Shown here piece by piece: positions 24,946 to 38,068 of a stretch of DNA of 64,000 nucleotides. The notes under the pieces are model-generated. The model searched no databases. It worked only from the letters and a program-made list of their open reading frames with translations, and was not told where the DNA came from. Position numbers and translations under genes: made by a program. Origin of the DNA: Callorhinchus milii (Eukaryota); assembly GCF_018977255.1 (NCBI RefSeq), contig NW_024704742.1, forward strand, positions 51,834,001-51,898,000, given 5' to 3'. Numbering within the stretch: the first letter of the stretch is position 1; each line of letters starts with the position of its first letter.

Positions 24946-26784
24946 AAATAGTGTTCTGGAATCTTAATGTCCATCTGAAGAACATTAGGCAGATGTAGCA
25001 ATCTGTTTATCATGGACAAAAACCTCTGAAATTTTCAATACAAATCCCTGCCCCCTCCACCCACTTTTTAAATTTCTGTGGGGCAATCAAACATGTATTT
25101 GTCAGTTCCCTGAGGATTTGTGGCAAAGCAGGCTAGATGATTAACAACTCAGTTATAGAAGCTGTGGGTGATGGTAAACACTGCAGAATGTCACCAGAAC
25201 AAGCACAGGATTGGTACATATGCAACTGAGGTATAGCCTATATTATGAACAATATAAACATTGCAGCCAAAATAACGTAGCTTACTTTCCTGAGATTTTC
25301 CCTACTTACGTATGGAAACATCAGTTTGAATTGCATTTTATTCCCCAAGTGAATAAAAATAGGTAGGACTCCACAGATGAGGGTAATTATTACAAAGCAA
25401 GTTCCTTCTAAGTATATTTCAACAAAACACAGACATGACAGAAAAGTATTAAAATATTTAACATCTGGGTAAATGTTATTGAATCACATCTGCTTCAACA
25501 TCCCCTATGAGACATAGTAACCTTCTGAGTCCTGATTTTCCCTTACAACTCGACTGGCCAAGTTATTATAATGAAGAGAATGAAAGATAAAGTTAAAGAA
25601 ATAGGCTCAGAGAATATTATATTTTAAACTGACTATTCTACTGCCGACCCAGACATATTAATTATAGTAAAATAAAGAAGACTCTGTGGGCCTCACAGTG
25701 TTAATAATGTGAACTTTCTGTTTGTGTTACACTGACAAGCAGATTAGTCATAAAGGGAAATTCAGCATTTCTACTCCTGTGGTTTACTCGCTTTATTTCA
25801 TTATTTAGATGAATGTTTTTGGGGTTGGGATTCGTATCTCTTTAGGCCATTTTGACCCTCAGGAGTCTGTCGCGAATTGTATTTGCAGATAAAGACTGCC
25901 AGACAAAAACCTAAAACACATTTATTCAGGCTGGAGAGGAAAAGGGTAGAAAACACTCATGACTTCATAATGAACTTCACATCTCTCACGGGACTTGACA
26001 TCTGACACAAGGAGTGGGCCAAATAAGAACCAGAGCGTGGGCCCCGACATCAACCTGGTTTTAATTAGGCCCTTGTAAAGGAGCTCTTCTACAGAAACTC
26101 GTCAAGTTGAAGAGTTCATATACACAACGTCCTGTGGGCCCAGACAGAGCCAAGTTTGTACGACTGTTGCCTTTTGAAAAAAGATTTTGCTAAAAGTGTA
26201 CAGAGATATTAATATAGATTAGTAACCCTTTAACACTCAGTGTAGCTAAATGTTAGTTATTCATAACCAAGGTAATTCAACTGCATGTGGATAATGTTGA
26301 CATGTGATCCCAGTTCTATTCTAGATTTACTCCATTTGGTTAAGCATAGACATTCCAAAACTCCATTTACACAGAAAATTAGATAAAACAGATGTTAAAT
26401 TTAATAACCTCAATCCAAATGACCTGACCTCACTCAAGCTGGATTTTGCTTTTGACGAGGGTGACTCCCCGCTTCTCAACTATTATCTTTTTCTCCTAAC
26501 AAACCATTGCTGGATATATATGGACTATTACATTGCAACAGCTTACTTTATCAGCAGGCCCCTGACTGAGACTTCAAGGGGACATTGGCATCCAATTGCA
26601 GAACCGGTACCTCGAGGTCAGAAATAGCAATGAAAACTAAAAAAAAACCTCCTCCTTTGGTGTAACGTTTGAAATTCTATGAATTATACCCTCAGGAGAA
26701 TACCCTCACAACACTAATGTCAATTTACACTCATCCTACAGATTCTCCAAGCAAGATTGTGTTGAATTACAATTTATCTTCATT

Positions 26785-27445
26785 AGCTGTATGTCTGACA
26801 CATGTGGAATCCCAATGCCATACTTAAGAGTCACCACACCAGTCAGAGTTCTACGTATGCATGTCACCTAAACATGCCAATTTCCCCTACAGGAAACACA
26901 CTCCTTACTTAATTCTAGCAAGTATTAAATGCAGTTTGACAAGAGATAAGGCCTAGGCACTCCAGAATAATATAATAATCCTTGCATTTGATATAGCTCC
27001 TTATCACATCTTCTAGATATCTCAAAGCGCTTCACAGAATATACTGCAAAGTGAATTGACTTTATATTCCGTGGGAGAAACCCGGCAGGCAACTTCGCAC
27101 AGCAGAGTCCTACAAACAGTCGTGGACTGAGTGACCAAATTATTATTTTTTTAATTTACTTGAAGGGATTATTATTGTTATTTGTGAATATTGTCTGGCA
27201 AGCTTCCCATTGCTTGTCCAGTTAGCACAATATATTTCACTATACCTATATATGGCATTCACTTGACAGAACAATTCTTGCCCCAGTGACGAGTTATTGT
27301 TGACGTCTGTCATGAACAGTGTCTCAGTGTACTGCAAACCCACCTGGCTCAGGAAACAGATTGCAGAGACTACCACAGAGGGTAGATTCAATTTATTTAG
27401 TAATCCAGCACATCATGTTGGAGCCAGCTCAGCCTCAGGGAAACA
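26785..27445 (-). repeat. Family X copy interrupted by a SINE 3' half (about 26966-27180, minus)
   Basis: TGTCTGACACATGTGGAATCC...CTTAAGAG at the left. After the SINE it resumes with GGCAAGCTTCCCATTGCTTGTCCAG...GGAGCCAGCTCAGC. Confidence 0.75.
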
Positions 27446-29454
27446 CTGATTTGATCCCCCGCCACTCCACCTAACCCCAGAAGATAGTTAAGCAAAGTTG
27501 TGCTAATGGACTTATGAACAATGAAATCTTGATTGACACAAGACCTCATCCCACTGGACTGCATTTAAACCCAAGTCAGAGGCTAGAAATCATTGCTCAT
27601 GGACTAGGTAGATATCCCAATGCAGATCTGAGGGAGTATTGCACTGTTGGTATTGCGTGTCATCTTGGAGGAGTTGTTTAACCAAGCTCACACTGCCTGG
27701 ACATGAAGGATGCCAAAAAGAGGAGACTGGCCAACAATCCCCCATATTAAAATAAAATGGTCATTCACTTCATGGCCATTCATTACAAAGTGTTTCAGAG
27801 TTGTATTTGTAGGCCAAATTGAAAAACAATTTGGGGACATTCACCTACAAATATGAGATGTTTTGACATGATAAGAAGCCATATGAAATGCAAGGATAAT
27901 ATAATACTGCGTCATCCAGGTTTTTAATAACTTGGTACATTTCAAATACTATGCATAGTATTTTTAAGGAATAAACATACTGATGGAAATTATATGAATT
28001 TTGTAAAATATTACAGAAATAGGTCAACAGGTGTATTCATGTCAGGTACAGTTTTAATAAAACACATCTAGAATGCAAAAATAAAATGGGAACAAATTGC
28101 TCACATCTGGTTCCCTGATTACTCTAGGCAGTGGAGTACGTTGCACTTCTTTGCCAAAAAATACAGTCTTAATCAGATATTAATCTCACAACTATGATAA
28201 ATGCACCAATTCCATCTCAAACACATCTTGAATCCAAATATGGTACAGATTGCACTCAAGCATGTAACCTACATGCTTTCTCCTTTCTCGGCTTCTCAGG
28301 CCAACTGCACGTGGACAAAGTCAACTGTTGAAATGTGATACTTTAGATCCAAAAAGCAATGTATACAAACACATATATGTTTACAACCTAACACACATAT
28401 GGGCTGCAAGTAAAAGGGACAAATAAGAAGCAGAAAGAAAACATTTGATATTTCATGTTGATATAATCACATTTTCAGCATTAACTGTGCTAAGTTAATA
28501 TCATGGGGGTGGTGACAAACCTGCCATATTTCACAATGGCAGAATTTAAAGTTTATTGCACACAAAGCATTTTTGTGCTAGACCTGTAAGAAGACAAATC
28601 AGTCAATGAGCCTGACCCTTGAAGAATGTCTATCCAGAAACACAATACATGCTATCATCTTTGTAATCATAAAAAATACACCACCATTCTGCCTGCACCC
28701 CATGTCAGAATGAATTAGGATCCACATGTTTTCATTCTGCTTAACATTTCAAAACAAATGTCTGGAGTAGAACTTCTGTTGATTAATGGTCCAGTGGATC
28801 ACAGACTATGCAGACAGCAAGATGTAGTATTTCCACGAACACCTTTAAATTCAGCTGGAGTAACTCTTTGCTTAATGCGATTACTGTTCTTACTTTGCCA
28901 AAAACAGATTTTTTTTGTATTGCCAATTCAAAGTGGGTAGGAAGATGGAACACTAATCCAGACTTCTACCAGAACTTTAGTTTTTAGTTCTTTCAAGATT
29001 GTTCAATTACTGGAATCTTTTTTGTTGTTCGTCTTATCCATTGCTGTTTTTTTTTGCTCTAAAGCAACTGAAAGCCTAGAGTTTAGTTAAAAGTCTCCCT
29101 CACCACTGAAGCAGTTTTATTTCTTTTTTACTATAAATTAAGAACCTCCGCTGTCAAGATGAGGATTATTTGAGGCAGGTCTTTACATTTCAAGAGATGA
29201 TGTTCATTGAACATTTCATAAAGTTACCATGAAAAAAATGCAACAAGGCTTTAGATGGAACTGAGTCGTACAGATGAAAAATAAACAATAAGGTGCCATT
29301 AAGTCTTCAAAATTCAAGGAAGCTAAATGGGCTTTCTAAAAATGACAGCTTTACTTTCACTAACTACTACAAAACTCACTTCCTATTACTTGCTTTGGAA
29401 CAGACTGCTCCTGGTCCATTTACATTTTTAGCATTCTACAATTCTAGGCCGCAG

Positions 29455-29590
29455 TGTGACTCAGTTAGTTGCACTTCAAGGTCAGCAGGTTGTTGGTTCA
29501 AGTCACACATCAGGTCTCTGAACACATACTCTAGGCTGACACACCAATGCAGTGTTGGGGTGTGCTGCATTGCTAGAGATGCTAAAACCT
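29455..29590 (+). mobile_element. DeuSINE 5' fragment
   Basis: GTGACTCAGTTAG...GGTTCAAGTC...CTAGGCTGACAC...GTGCTGCATTG. Confidence 0.65.
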
Positions 29591-29611
29591 CATGCAAACT
29601 ATTTCAAGTTA

Positions 29612-29945
29612 CTATCTTGCAATTGCCTAGCCCTGATGGTGGATACAACAACTTGCACATGCAAGTTGACGTGGGTGAGTGTGTCGGAGTGCTTAACCGT
29701 GGTAGAGCTTGACGCCTAGCCAGGGAGAGAGGGGAGGTGACCTTAGGCACTGGCGAAGATGATCTTCTGGTCTGAAGATGCATAAAGAGGGACAAGTTGG
29801 AGGGATTGAGGCAGACAGTTCCAGAGTCTTGGGTTGAAAGCATGGTCACTGATAGTGGAGCAGAGAGGACGAGGGACATGCAAGAGCTGGAGACACCTGA
29901 GCAAAGGAGGAACGTAGAGGAGTAGATTGTCAGCAGAGAGAGCTG
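29612..29945 (-). mobile_element. Decayed L2 3' fragment
   Basis: ACAACAACTTGCACATGCA tail and GGAGGGATTGAGGCAGACAGTTCCAGAGTCT (antisense of LWN.LPQSL). Confidence 0.65.
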
Positions 29946-30517
29946 CATCTTATGGACCAGGAGCTCTCTGGTTCGAATCCCCATACTTTGCTGGTCTCAG
30001 CTGCATAATGAGGCTAAATTGATCCAGGCCTTCCTCGGGTTAGGGACAGTACAACCAGCCAAAAGTTTCTTGCTCCTGATCCTTCTATAGTTGTGTGGTG
30101 TGGGGCAGCCAGTGGTCAGGTTCAGCTGTGTTGGCTTCTACAGTGAAGGGGCCTGATGACACTGTCAAGGTTCACACGGGAACCAATAATGGTCAATCGG
30201 ACAGGGATACAGTTGGCCAACCAGCACTGTGGAACAGCACTGCTGTAAGAGATTAGACCAGGAGCAGAGAGATATATCTCAATGAGAAGAAAATATGAAA
30301 AATAATTGAACATGTCTTACCTTTTAACCTTTTAAAACGTTTTTTTTAAAAATAGGCCTTGCACATATATCAACAAAGAAAAGGTTAAAAAAAATTAACT
30401 ATTGCTACACCACTTTTCAAATGAAATACCACTATTCAAACAAGAGTAAAAATTGCATTGTGAGAAGACAATATTTGGTACATAAGAGAAAAACAAGAAT
30501 TGCAATAATATAGCCAT

Positions 30518-30665
30518 TCATAGCAACATAGGAATTAGGAGCAGGAGTAGGCCATTTGGCCCCTTGAGCCTGCCCCACCATTCAATAAGATCATGGCTGA
30601 TCTTCTAACCTAACTCCATCTGCCCGCCTTATCCCCATATCCCTTAATCCCTCTATCCCTCTATC
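30518..30665 (-). mobile_element. CR1 3' UTR fragment
   Basis: AACATAGGAATTAGGAGCAGGAGTAGGCCATT...AGATCATGGCTGATC...CCCCATATCCCTTAAT is the reverse of 46590-46720. Confidence 0.85.
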
Positions 30666-30999
30666 ACTTTTAGTTAAATGTTACTGTACGTTTATTCATT
30701 TATGTGGTTTCTGGTGTCTGGTTTCATTCCTGCCCATTCTGGGATGAGTTACATTTGATATGCATTGTTTTTGGTATGTTTCAAGGCAATTTAAAAAATA
30801 ATAATATGAACCTTCTGTCTCAGTCATAGGGCACGTCATTTAAAAAGGACTTAATCAACAAATGAAAAAAATGTGCATAGAAACTGTGGTCTCTATTGTG
30901 AAAATCTATTTGCAGTAAAAAGCTCGTTGTGCCAGTGCACAGAGACAGCAGCTTCTGCAGGTGCCATGTATAGTGTTTCCGTTTGCCTATCTCAGGTTC

Positions 31000-31300
31000 A
31001 GTCCTGTAGCTCAATGGTTAGAGCACTCGCTTTGCAAGCGAGAGACCTGGGTTCAATTCGAGGCAGGGCGAAACCTTGGGCAAGTTTCCTTACTCCACAC
31101 ACCTGATAATGATCTCCCCAAAAACAAAACAATAATAAATTGGTCATTTTCAATCTACGACTGTTCGTGGGACACTGCTGTGCGCAATTGGCTGCCGCGT
31201 TCGCCCACAAATATACAGTCAATTCACTTTACAGTATATTCTGTGAAGCGCTTTGAGACATCTAGAAGACGTGCAGAGCGCTATTATTATTATTATTATT
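31000..31300 (+). mobile_element. tRNA-derived SINE, short form, older tail type
   Basis: Same head and body as 42910. Tail GAGACATCTAGAAGACGTG then (ATT)n. Confidence 0.9.
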
Positions 31301-31644
31301 AGCACTCCTTTTAAATTCCATATGATTTCCTTGCATATGCAAACCTTGAATCATACCCATTCTGTTACAAAGAATTGCTCATTTCATACGTGCAACTTAA
31401 ATGAAGTTCTGCCGTTGTGTCATTTATACAAATAGTTTACACTCCTATTGTTAGGATAGTCATATTTTAAATACAATTAACATCTTTAAAATAAAATTTT
31501 ACAATGATGTGGATTTATTTTGAGTATGCCCAGACTTTCTTTAAAATTATATCGAGTTAGGCTTCTAAGCCAACCATTTACTGAGCATGTAAATATTTGA
31601 ATTTATTTTATACAGTGCCCAGAAAAGCAGGTGGCAGTGTTTCA

Positions 31645-32215
31645 GTCCGGCTCAGTTGGTAACACTCCTAGATTATAATTGCAACAACACATCATCAGGA
31701 GGGAAAACTAACCTGTCTCACCATGGTCTAATCCCAGCTCACATTCCCTATTAGTGGGTGAACAATCCAACGCTTAATGAATTCTGCTTCACAATGATAG
31801 GAAGATCCAATATCAAAGGATCAAATGTTACTTTGAACACTTGGTCACCCTGTGGTAACTTTTCTGACATCTCCTGCTTAAAACCCAGAAAGCCAGAAGG
31901 ATTTGGAACCCATATAATCTAGTCTGATCTCCTGTGCAATGCCAGGGTGTGCTGCATTCGCAGAGGTGCCTTCGGATGAAACATTAAACTGAGGCCCTAT
32001 GTACCCGTTCAGGTGGACATTAAAGATCCAATTGCGCTATTCGAAAAAGAGAAGGGTGTTTTTCCCAGTATCCTGATCACCAATCCCCTCCACAGAAATT
32101 TGGTCATTCACCTCATGGGTGCTTGTGGGACATTGTTGTGCGCAAATTAGTTGCCTACAAAATACCATCACTGCATTTTACAATAAATTCTGTGAAACAC
32201 TTTGAGATATCCTCC
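31645..32215 (+). mobile_element. DeuSINE interrupted by the 28S fragment
   Basis: Head start GGCTCAGTTGGTAACACTC (31649-31667). The body resumes at about 31910 with ATAATCTAG...GAGGTGCCTTCGGATGAAACATTAAACTGAGGCCC...CAGGTGGACATTAAAGATCC. Confidence 0.82.
31671..31902 (-). pseudogene. 28S rRNA pseudogene fragment (3' part of the LSU, peptidyl-transferase-centre region)
   Basis: AAAACTAACCTGTCTCAC, CCCAGCTCAC.TTCCCTATTAGTGGGTGAACAATCCAACGCTT, GAATTCTGCTTCACAATGATAGGAAGA and CCCTGTGGTAACTTTTCTGACA are the reverse complement of conserved 28S sequence, with substitutions and small deletions. Confidence 0.92.
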
Positions 32216-33087
32216 AAAAGATAATTAAAATGAAATAATTATTAGTATTGTAAATAAACAACACTAGAGTAAATAAAAAACAAAAAAAGTTCTCCTCTAA
32301 TTTTCTCCCTTCTCCATTAAAGCTATTTTGACTCCTTTTCCCTACAACTGGGGATATAGTTCCACCGACACCAACGTATAGGGGCTGGACATGTTCCAGT
32401 ACCTCACTCTATTGGCGATTATTTTGAGCCTCCACTGTTGGCAGGTTATTCAACCTTTGGAGCATCACAGCTAAATCTCCCCTTGTCCTCACTGGACATC
32501 CACACATTTGCACCTTCTAGTATATCTTTTTGAAGAAAGGCCATGCTGCCCAATGTGGAATAAGTTAAGCTAACACTGCAAAGGGAAGATAAAAAAGTAT
32601 TGAAGCTGCTTTTTCTTTGCAGGGAGGGGAAGGTGGGGCAAACAAGACACAAATAAGCTCAGTCAGAAAAAAAACAATCTCATGACATGAAAACATTTAT
32701 AGGACAATGAACTAGAAAGGCTTTTTTTAGTACAGCTTTGCTGCTTATACTCAAACAGTATATATTTGATCAATTATTTGTTTATATATATATATCAAAT
32801 TAAAGACTTGATAAAACAAGTGAAAGACTGTAATTCAAAAGTAAATGAGCAATAGTTGATTATTCTGAAGAGCTTTATAGTCAACCCAAAATTGTCTATA
32901 AAAATACTGCACATAAACCACATTACTAACTACTTACATTAGGACTATTTTGGACTTGAAAATACAATTATAGAAAATTTGAACAAAAATAAAAGTACTA
33001 GGTTTGGAAACACTCCACATGTGTTCAAATAAGAAAATATTTTCTTACTGGTAGTGGAAGGAAAGTTCACAAAAGTAGTCTTAAACA

Positions 33088-33495
33088 GAAATCCTTACGT
33101 TTGACATAGCACCTTTCACATTGGGAGAATGCCTCTTAAAGCTCCACATATACTGTAAAATGTAGTGACTGTGCATTTTGAAAGCAAATACAGCAGCCAA
33201 TTTACGTACAGCAATGTCCCACAAACGGCCATGAAGTGAATGACCAATTTTATTTGTGGGATTTTTGTCAAGGACAGCGGGAGTGACCATTCTTTGTTTT
33301 GAGCATCCATCTGAACAGCAGACAGGGTTTCAGTTTAATGTCTCATCTGAAGGACGGAAATGCCAACAATGCAACACTTTCCCAGGCTGTATCTGAGTGT
33401 CAGCGAAGACTATACAAAGTTCGAAGTCCTGACATGGAGCTTAAACCTACAACCTTCTAACTCTAAGGCAAAGTTACTACCAACTGAGCCAGACT
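33088..33495 (-). mobile_element. Near full-length DeuSINE
   Basis: CTACCAACTGAGCCA head end, GTTTAATGTCTCATCTGAAGGACGG Deu body, and GCAATGTCCCACAAAC. Confidence 0.8.
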
Positions 33496-34411
33496 GTCTT
33501 ATTTTTTAAAACTGTTTTTCTGCCAATAGGGTCTAAAGTGGTTTAAATTTACTAATTTCTGAAGTATTAAATATAAATTATCAAGATGTACCAAGAGCAA
33601 ATCTGCCCAAACACCATTCTCAATGCAAACATCCATAAAGTCAGGTCACACATTTGATTTCCATCTCGTTTGTTGCTTGCAGAATTGTGGCTTTGTATTT
33701 TACAAAATGCTTGAATAAAGCGCAAATCCACCAACCAGAAGCTGAAAGATGTGCTTGGCGAGCTGTAAGTGGCTTTGTGGGCATTGGCTTTTAGAACTGC
33801 AAAAACTGCCTCTGGCACTTCTGGGTAATTAGTTCCCAGTGTTAACACAAAACCACCCATTCAAGTGGACGTCAGAGGTGCGGAGAAAACTTATGAGTAG
33901 CCCAGTTAAATCTCCCAAATGGAACTTGAACTGGAGGCTGGTGCCAGAGGAATACACTCATTTTTACTCTAGACATTTTCGGTTACTTTCCCTTGTTTTC
34001 TTCTGATTTCAGGGTGTTCACAAGAAAGGTTTTCTTTACAAAGGGACAAATTCTTTGGTATCTATGTGTGCTTACAATCTATTAACATTTGCGATGCACA
34101 TATATCTAGTTCTTGAGTATAAACCTCCATGGCCTGTCAGTTCTGCTTATAACTTCCCAGTTATAAGATCTCGAAAACTTTCCATCAAGTGAAGTTAACA
34201 TATACCATATTCAGCTTCCTGGGTCCTCACAGCTACATACAATATTCTGAAAAGACAGAATGAGATCTACAAGACTATGTTATGTGAGATGTCAAACACC
34301 TGCAGCTAGTCTGACAAGCATGAGGGTTTTAAAAGGAGGTTTTTGCCTCAAAGGACATATATTCTTAAAATTCCAACACCCCTTAAACAAGATGACTGGA
34401 ATCAGGTATTA

Positions 34412-35450
34412 AGACTGTCTCAGTTGGTAGCACTCTTGCCTCTGAGCCAGATGGCTGTGGGTTCAAGTCCCAAGTCAGGACTTTGAACTCAAGTGTAATC
34501 TGACACTGCAATGTAGTGCTGGGAGTGGGTTGGATGGTTAGAAGTGCCATCTTTCAGATGAGACGTGAGACATCTTCCAGATCACTCACCGAACAGTGCG
34601 CAATCTAGGCATCCGTTTCGATCCCCAGTAGTTCTTCCTCTGCCACATCAGGTCCCTGACCAGGGCCACCTTCTTCCACTTCTGCCACATTGCCCGCCTC
34701 CGACCGTACATTACCCCAAATGCAGCCAAAACCCTCGTGCATGCGTTTGCCACCTCCCGCATGGATTACTCAAATGCACTCCTCGCCGGTCTCCGCACTA
34801 TTCAAAAAATCCAGCTCATTCAGAACTCTGCCGCCCACATACTGACCCCGACCAAACCCCGTACCCACAGCTCACCAGTTCTGGGGAGGCTCCACTGGCT
34901 CCCCATCACCAAACGGATCGACTTCAAGATCCTCACTCTCCTGTTCAAATCTCATCACTCTCTGGCACCTCTCTACCTCTCCGACCTCCTCACTCCGCAA
35001 TACACCATCCGGCACCTCCAATCGACTGGCACCGGCCTCTTGCTCGTCCCTCACACCCTCCACCCCACCATTGGAAGTTGCGCTTTCAGTCACTATGCCT
35101 CGAAACTTTGGAACACTCTCCCTCAATCCCTCTGCCTTGCTCCCTCTCTCCACTTTTTCTAAGTCCCATCTGAAAACCTTTCTCTTCGACCGTGTTTACG
35201 GTCACCTTCCACCCCGGCACGGAGTCAGGCTCCGCCACTGTTAAGTGCTCTGAGACGCTACCATGCATGGAGGGCGCTATATAAATGCAAGTTGTTGTTA
35301 TTGTAAACTGAGGGACAAACAGGTGGACATTGAAGATCCTATGACACTATTTGAAAGAGAAGTAAGTTTTTCCCAGTGTCCTGGCCAAAAATCCCCCTAA
35401 TAAAATCAGCCATTTGTTTCATGTCTGATTGTGAGATACTGCTGTGCAAA
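34412..35450 (+). mobile_element. DeuSINE split by an L2 insertion
   Basis: The head ...CTTTCAGATGAGACGT ends at about 34566 and resumes at about 35304 with TAAACTGAGG...CAGGTGGACATTGAAGATCC. Confidence 0.8.
34570..35302 (+). mobile_element. L2 LINE 3' fragment (tail type B)
   Basis: ORF 34737-35162 reads HAFATSRMDYSNALLAGL...IQNSAA...LHWLPI..RIDFKIL...LWNTLP. Confidence 0.9.
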
Positions 35451-36549
35451 AATCTGAGTTCCATCAGGGAAGATACAACATGGAACAGTAAAGAAAAATA
35501 GGACAAATCATCACTTGCATACCTCACAAGTGTGGTACAATAAAACTCACCTAAGTTTTATCGTTATAATTAGTACAATCGTCAAGTTGTACATCACCCA
35601 AGTCCCGTTCAGTTTCTTTAATTAGGTAGATTTATCATGTCCTAACTCGTATCACCACTCCTCTATCCTCCAATACCCCACACTTACTGTTGCATTGAAT
35701 CGTAGGAAATAACTTCCTGAGCCTTCGTCACATGCGCACTTATTGTCCGACTGCATTCAATCACGGGAAAAGTATTCTTGACCTTTATCGGCTGCAGTGA
35801 CGAAGGACCGCATGCGCACTTACTGACTGCATTGATTTACGCATGGACAGTGCAGATTATTGATTAAATTGGATCTTATATAATTTACAGTTTGCCAGTA
35901 ACTCGGACTTTGTCTAAGACATATTATATTTTATGTTCCCGACTGATACGATTTATGGGAGTTTAACTGCGTTAGTCCTGGAAGCAGGTCATGTGGCATC
36001 TCTCCTGGCCGGGGAATGTCATTTGTTGCAGACGCAAAACACAAAACATTTTCACCAACAAAGTTCAAAGAATAAGCTAGTTTAAGAATGCCAAAAACGT
36101 AGATGTTAAAAACTCTTTTGTTCTTTCATTTGTTTAGATAAAAAATACTAGCATTAAAAACAATTACACAAGAGTTCTGGACTTTGTTAAAAAACTGCAA
36201 TATGATACCATCACTATATGTTTGTACTGTTAATTTGAAGCAATACCTTATGTGCATAAACACAAGCCATATTAATTGAGGATATAAGCACCCACACTGA
36301 ATAAATGGGTATAAATAATTTACATCATATGAAAAAACAGCCCACATGAAGCTTACAGTATTGATTGAAAAAGTCGCCAGTACACAAATAGAAAACATGC
36401 CTGCAAGTCTACAACGTTGTAACAATCAATCTATTTTGCATGCTTCAGTAAATACATTGTTTAGAAATGCAATGACTTCAGGTAAGTACTTTCCTGACGA
36501 AATTTCAATTTAAGCAAAAATGTTAAAGCATTAAAGCTTCTTGACCTCA

Positions 36550-38068
36550 CTCACCTCAGTGTCCGCACTCGCCTGGTTTGAGTTCTATTTGTCCCACCAA
36601 CATCACTTTGTTGTTTTTCCTCCCGACCCCAAAGGGTCACCTGGACATATTCCAAGGCTCCATCCTTGGCCCCCTCATTTTCCTCATTTAGATGCTCCCT
36701 CTTGCTGATATTATTCAGACACAGGGTCAACTTCCATGTGTATGCAGAAGACACTCAAATCTACTTTTCTTCCTCAAACCACGACCCCAGCCAGGTCTAC
36801 CATTGTTCTGTCCAATTGCTGCATCTTTAGAAATGGCACAATTTTTAGGTTTGTTTTAGGTTGGAATATTTGCTGTATAAATACAGCATGATTTTTATAG
36901 TAGCTCATCTTTCCTCATTTGAATCTGGAGTCCTGTAGTTCAGGGTTAGAGCACTTGCCTCGAAAGCAAGAGGAGCTGGCTTTGATTCTCGAGCAGGATG
37001 AAATGTTGGGCAAGTTTCCTTACTCCACACGCCTCTGTTTACCTAGCAGTAAGTAGGAACCCGCTTATTAGTCAATTGTCGGATCGCTTTTCTGGAGGTA
37101 ATCCCTTCAAAAAAAAATAATTGCTCACTCAATCCACAACTGTTTGTGGGACACTGCTGTGTGCAATTGGCTGCTGTGTTTCTCCCACAAAATATAAAGT
37201 TGATTCATTTTACAGTATAATCTGCGAAACGCTTTGAGACGTTTCGAAGACGTGATAAGGCACTATATCAAATGCAAGTATTATTATTATTATTATTGCT
37301 TGTCAGATATCAAGGCCAGGATTAGCACCAACTTTCTGCAGCTGAATGTTGACAAGACAGAAGCTATCCTCCTTGGCTCCAGTCAATATCTTCTCACCTG
37401 CAGCTACTTCCTTAATCTCCTGGCCTATCTCTCAGACTCACTGAACCTGTACGCAACCTAAGGATCCTTCCTTCCCCACACCCAGTCCCTGACCAGGACC
37501 ATTTTCCCCGCTCTACCTCTGCCTTATCGCCCACCTCAAGACCATATCTCATATCCAATGCAGCTGAAATTCTTATTTATGCAATAGCCACTTCCCACCT
37601 CAATTTTTCTAGTGCCCTCCTTGCCGGTTTCCCAAGCTTCACCACCCATAAAATCCATAATTCAAACCTGTGCAACCCATATTCTCTCCCAAACCAAACT
37701 CCCGCATCCCCAACACCTTGTCCTTGCCAGGCTACACTGACTTCCTTTCTGAGAATGGATCAATTTCAAGATCCTCACCATTATTTACAAATCAATTCAC
37801 GCCCTAGCACCTCCCTACCCCTCCAACCTGCTTACACCCCAATTCATTATGTTCCCACTTCTACACATGTCTCACTCTCTCCCCTCTAGTGCTTTCAGCC
37901 ATTATGCCCTGAAACTCACCCCCTCAATCCCTCCGCTTGCATCCATCATGTCAATCTCAAGATTACATTTTCATCTTTGACCATGCTTCCCGGCTCGGCG
38001 TCAAACTCCGCCACTGTTAAGCGTGCCAAGATACTACCCCTTGTAAAGGATACAATATAAGTGCAGGC
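36550..38068 (+). mobile_element. Decayed L2 split by an insertion at 36821-37294
   Basis: The left part carries a QGSILGPL / FHVYAEDTQ remnant. The right part resumes CLSDIKA...NFLQLNVDKTEAILLG and ends in a type-B tail. Confidence 0.8.
36926..37297 (+). mobile_element. tRNA-derived SINE, long form
   Basis: Head, central CCTCTGTTTACCTAGCAGTAAGTAGGAACCC segment, and (ATT)n tail. Confidence 0.88.

Noticed and set aside
31671..31902. Functional rRNA gene or rDNA unit
   Set aside because: Only about 230 nt, with substitutions and deletions in invariant positions and no other rDNA nearby.
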